Below are positions 62,505-64,000 of a DNA stretch of 64,000 bases, piece after piece. Numbering within the stretch: the stretch's first letter is position 1; every line of letters begins with the position of its first letter. Location: the sequence record NC_019521.1. One strand, 5' to 3'. The translations under genes were made by a program, and so were the position numbers. Below the pieces are notes generated by a model. It was given only the letters and a program-made list of their open reading frames with translations. It made no database searches and was not told the DNA's origin.

Positions 62505-63500
62505 ATGAAACATATTGCATTTACGATTCCATTTTGGAATGTAGGAAACGAAAAAGAAAGATTAGAAAACATAGGATACGTTAAACGTTCTTGTGACAAT
62601 TTCGCAGACTATTTCAACAAAAACAATAAGAACGATTTCAAGATAGATGTAATCCTAGCTAATCTTGGTGAAGAAATCAATCCGTTATATCCTGAAGCTA
62701 GATTCTATCAACATACTGGTTTAAAATATCGTTTCGAAAAACCAACCAGAATGAATACTTTGTTTCTAGATTTACTAGAAGAAGGATATGATTTCGTTGG
62801 TATGTGTGATCCTGATATCATACTATTCGAAGAATACTTTGAGAAGCTAACTAAGAATATCGAAGATAATCTTGATTATTTCTCAATGCTTACATATTCT
62901 GTAGCAAGAACAAAACCGGAATTACGAAAGGATTTAATTCTAGAAACTAGAGAATTTCAACATCTTTCAAATCATGAACTAATTATCGAATCTAATGCAC
63001 AAGCTGAAAACTGGCGAGTTTGTGGTGGTGCTTATTTCATGTCATTAGAATTCTTCCGTGATTTAGGAGGATGGAACGAAGATTACAGAGTTTATGGAAT
63101 GGACGATGACGATTATACTTTCAGATTCGAATTAACTGGTGGTAGCGTTGTAACAGATACATCGATTATTTGGCATCATCTTTGGCATCCAACAGTATTG
63201 GGTACAGCACCTGATTACGAATTAGAAAGATACGAATATGAATGCATGTATCGTAGACTTTCTAAGGATGTTTATGAAGAACAAATCAAATCGCATCTGT
63301 GTGATAGAACTAATCGATTGGAGCATCTTTCTGATAGATTCAATAAAGCATATAGTTATCCAGATTCATTCATTAAAGCTGCTAAGACTAACAATGTATT
63401 CAGTTACGAAATCGGTAAAAGGTCTATCGAAACTATGCCAATCGAAATCAAACGTAAATTGGGATTAGTTAATGATGATAAATTTTATGGTTCTTGTTAA
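62505..63500 (+). CDS. GT-A glycosyltransferase (GT2/GT7-like), paralogue of the upstream gene
   Basis: TIPFW, DPD, GGWNEDYRVYGMDDDDY, HHLWHP. ATG 62505 preferred over 62463. Confidence 0.85.
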   Translation: MKHIAFTIPFWNVGNEKERLENIGYVKRSCDNFADYFNKNNKNDFKIDVILANLGEEINPLYPEARFYQHTGLKYRFEKPTRMNTLFLDLLEEGYDFVGMCDPDIILFEEYFEKLTKNIEDNLDYFSMLTYSVARTKPELRKDLILETREFQHLSNHELIIESNAQAENWRVCGGAYFMSLEFFRDLGGWNEDYRVYGMDDDDYTFRFELTGGSVVTDTSIIWHHLWHPTVLGTAPDYELERYEYECMYRRLSKDVYEEQIKSHLCDRTNRLEHLSDRFNKAYSYPDSFIKAAKTNNVFSYEIGKRSIETMPIEIKRKLGLVNDDKFYGSC

Positions 63501-63509
63501 TCAAATGAC

Positions 63510-63545
63510 CCTAGTATGTAACTTTCGATACATACTAGGTACTAT
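63510..63545 (+). promoter_or_regulatory. Hairpin-embedded promoter GTAACT-N16-TACTAT
   Basis: CCTAGTATGTA/TACATACTAGG arms. Upstream of the kinase. Confidence 0.65.
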
Positions 63546-63574
63546 ACATTCATAATCACATATTAATATATCAA

Positions 63575-63999
63575 ATGAAATTAGTTATCGTAGAAGGAAT
63601 AGATAGAATCGGTAAAACTACATTCATATCAAATCTGAAAACAAAACTTGAAGAAACTAATTCTGATGTAATCATTGATAATAGAGTTCCGGTATGGTGC
63701 CCAAGGATAGCTTTGAATCATCCACCATATTGTTATGAATATTACAATGCTTTCGCATGGTCTCAGTTTCTTGAAATGTTGAAACTTTTCAATCATAAGG
63801 ATTCGATTATTATCATGGACAGACATCATGGTAGTTCAGAAGCTTATGGAATCATAAAACGTAAATCCATAATAGAAGAACTTTACGAATCAGTTGACAT
63901 TTTCAAAGAACGTATTCAAGAATTTGAAATCGAAATGATGAAACTTCTTGGAGAATCGAATGTTCATTATGTACAGTTTATTGCTGACAAGATTGGTAT
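63575..63999 (+). CDS. Thymidylate/dNMP kinase-like P-loop protein (3'-truncated; not in ORF track)
   Basis: MKLVIVEGIDRIGKTT and IIMDRHH. Open to the window end. Confidence 0.8.
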   Translation, partial: MKLVIVEGIDRIGKTTFISNLKTKLEETNSDVIIDNRVPVWCPRIALNHPPYCYEYYNAFAWSQFLEMLKLFNHKDSIIIMDRHHGSSEAYGIIKRKSIIEELYESVDIFKERIQEFEIEMMKLLGESNVHYVQFIADKIG

Positions 64000-64000
64000 C

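Noticed and set aside
2249-63829. Minus-strand and nested alternate-frame ORFs in the track (e.g. 6999-7706, 9027-9365, 13582-13872, 47684-48106, 52509-52700, 60543-60929, 63629-63829)
   Set aside because: All lie within well-supported + strand genes, lack recognisable motifs or promoter boxes, and look like shadow ORFs.
1-64000. Stop-codon reassignment (as in Lak or some crAss-like phages)
   Set aside because: Genes tile the window densely in the standard code, and TAG/TGA end genes at sensible positions.
1-64000. tRNA, rRNA or structured ncRNA genes
   Set aside because: Intergenic gaps are short and accounted for by terminators and promoters. No cloverleaf or T-loop signature was seen by eye.

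Overview
This is an AT-rich 64-kb segment of a large T4-related (jumbo-type) myophage genome. Essentially all real genes are on the + strand and read in the standard code. Virion genes: tail sheath, tube, tape measure, fibre and baseplate genes, a 1857-aa BspA/DUF285 fibre, and a T4-type head module (gp2, gp4, portal, protease, scaffold, major capsid). DNA genes: a family-B polymerase split into two genes 2.4 kb apart, a clamp, a gp55-like late sigma, a gp56-like dCTPase/dUTPase, DHFR, a RuvC-like resolvase, three glycosyltransferases and a dNMP kinase. The most striking unannotated signal is that at least 16 otherwise unrelated ORFs start with the same peptide, MK(T/S)(L/I)xxL(Y/F)E. It resembles the T4 capsid-targeting/protease-cleaved leader and implies a large, tag-defined arsenal of capsid-packaged, injected proteins, including ART-like, PRTase and Cys-His-Asp-type candidates. 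Two promoter classes are readable from sequence: late WATACATA and early/middle RWAACW-N16-TA(T/C)(A/T)AT. Several promoters sit in hairpin loops, including one hairpin that masks the resolvase start codon. The scaffold gene is broken at an A9/A-AAA-AAG site, which is either recoding or a homopolymer error. The host is uncertain; the lack of Shine-Dalgarno sites, the BspA protein and a BT0820-like HAD hint at Bacteroidota. All family calls come from motif recognition by eye, and no database searches were run.
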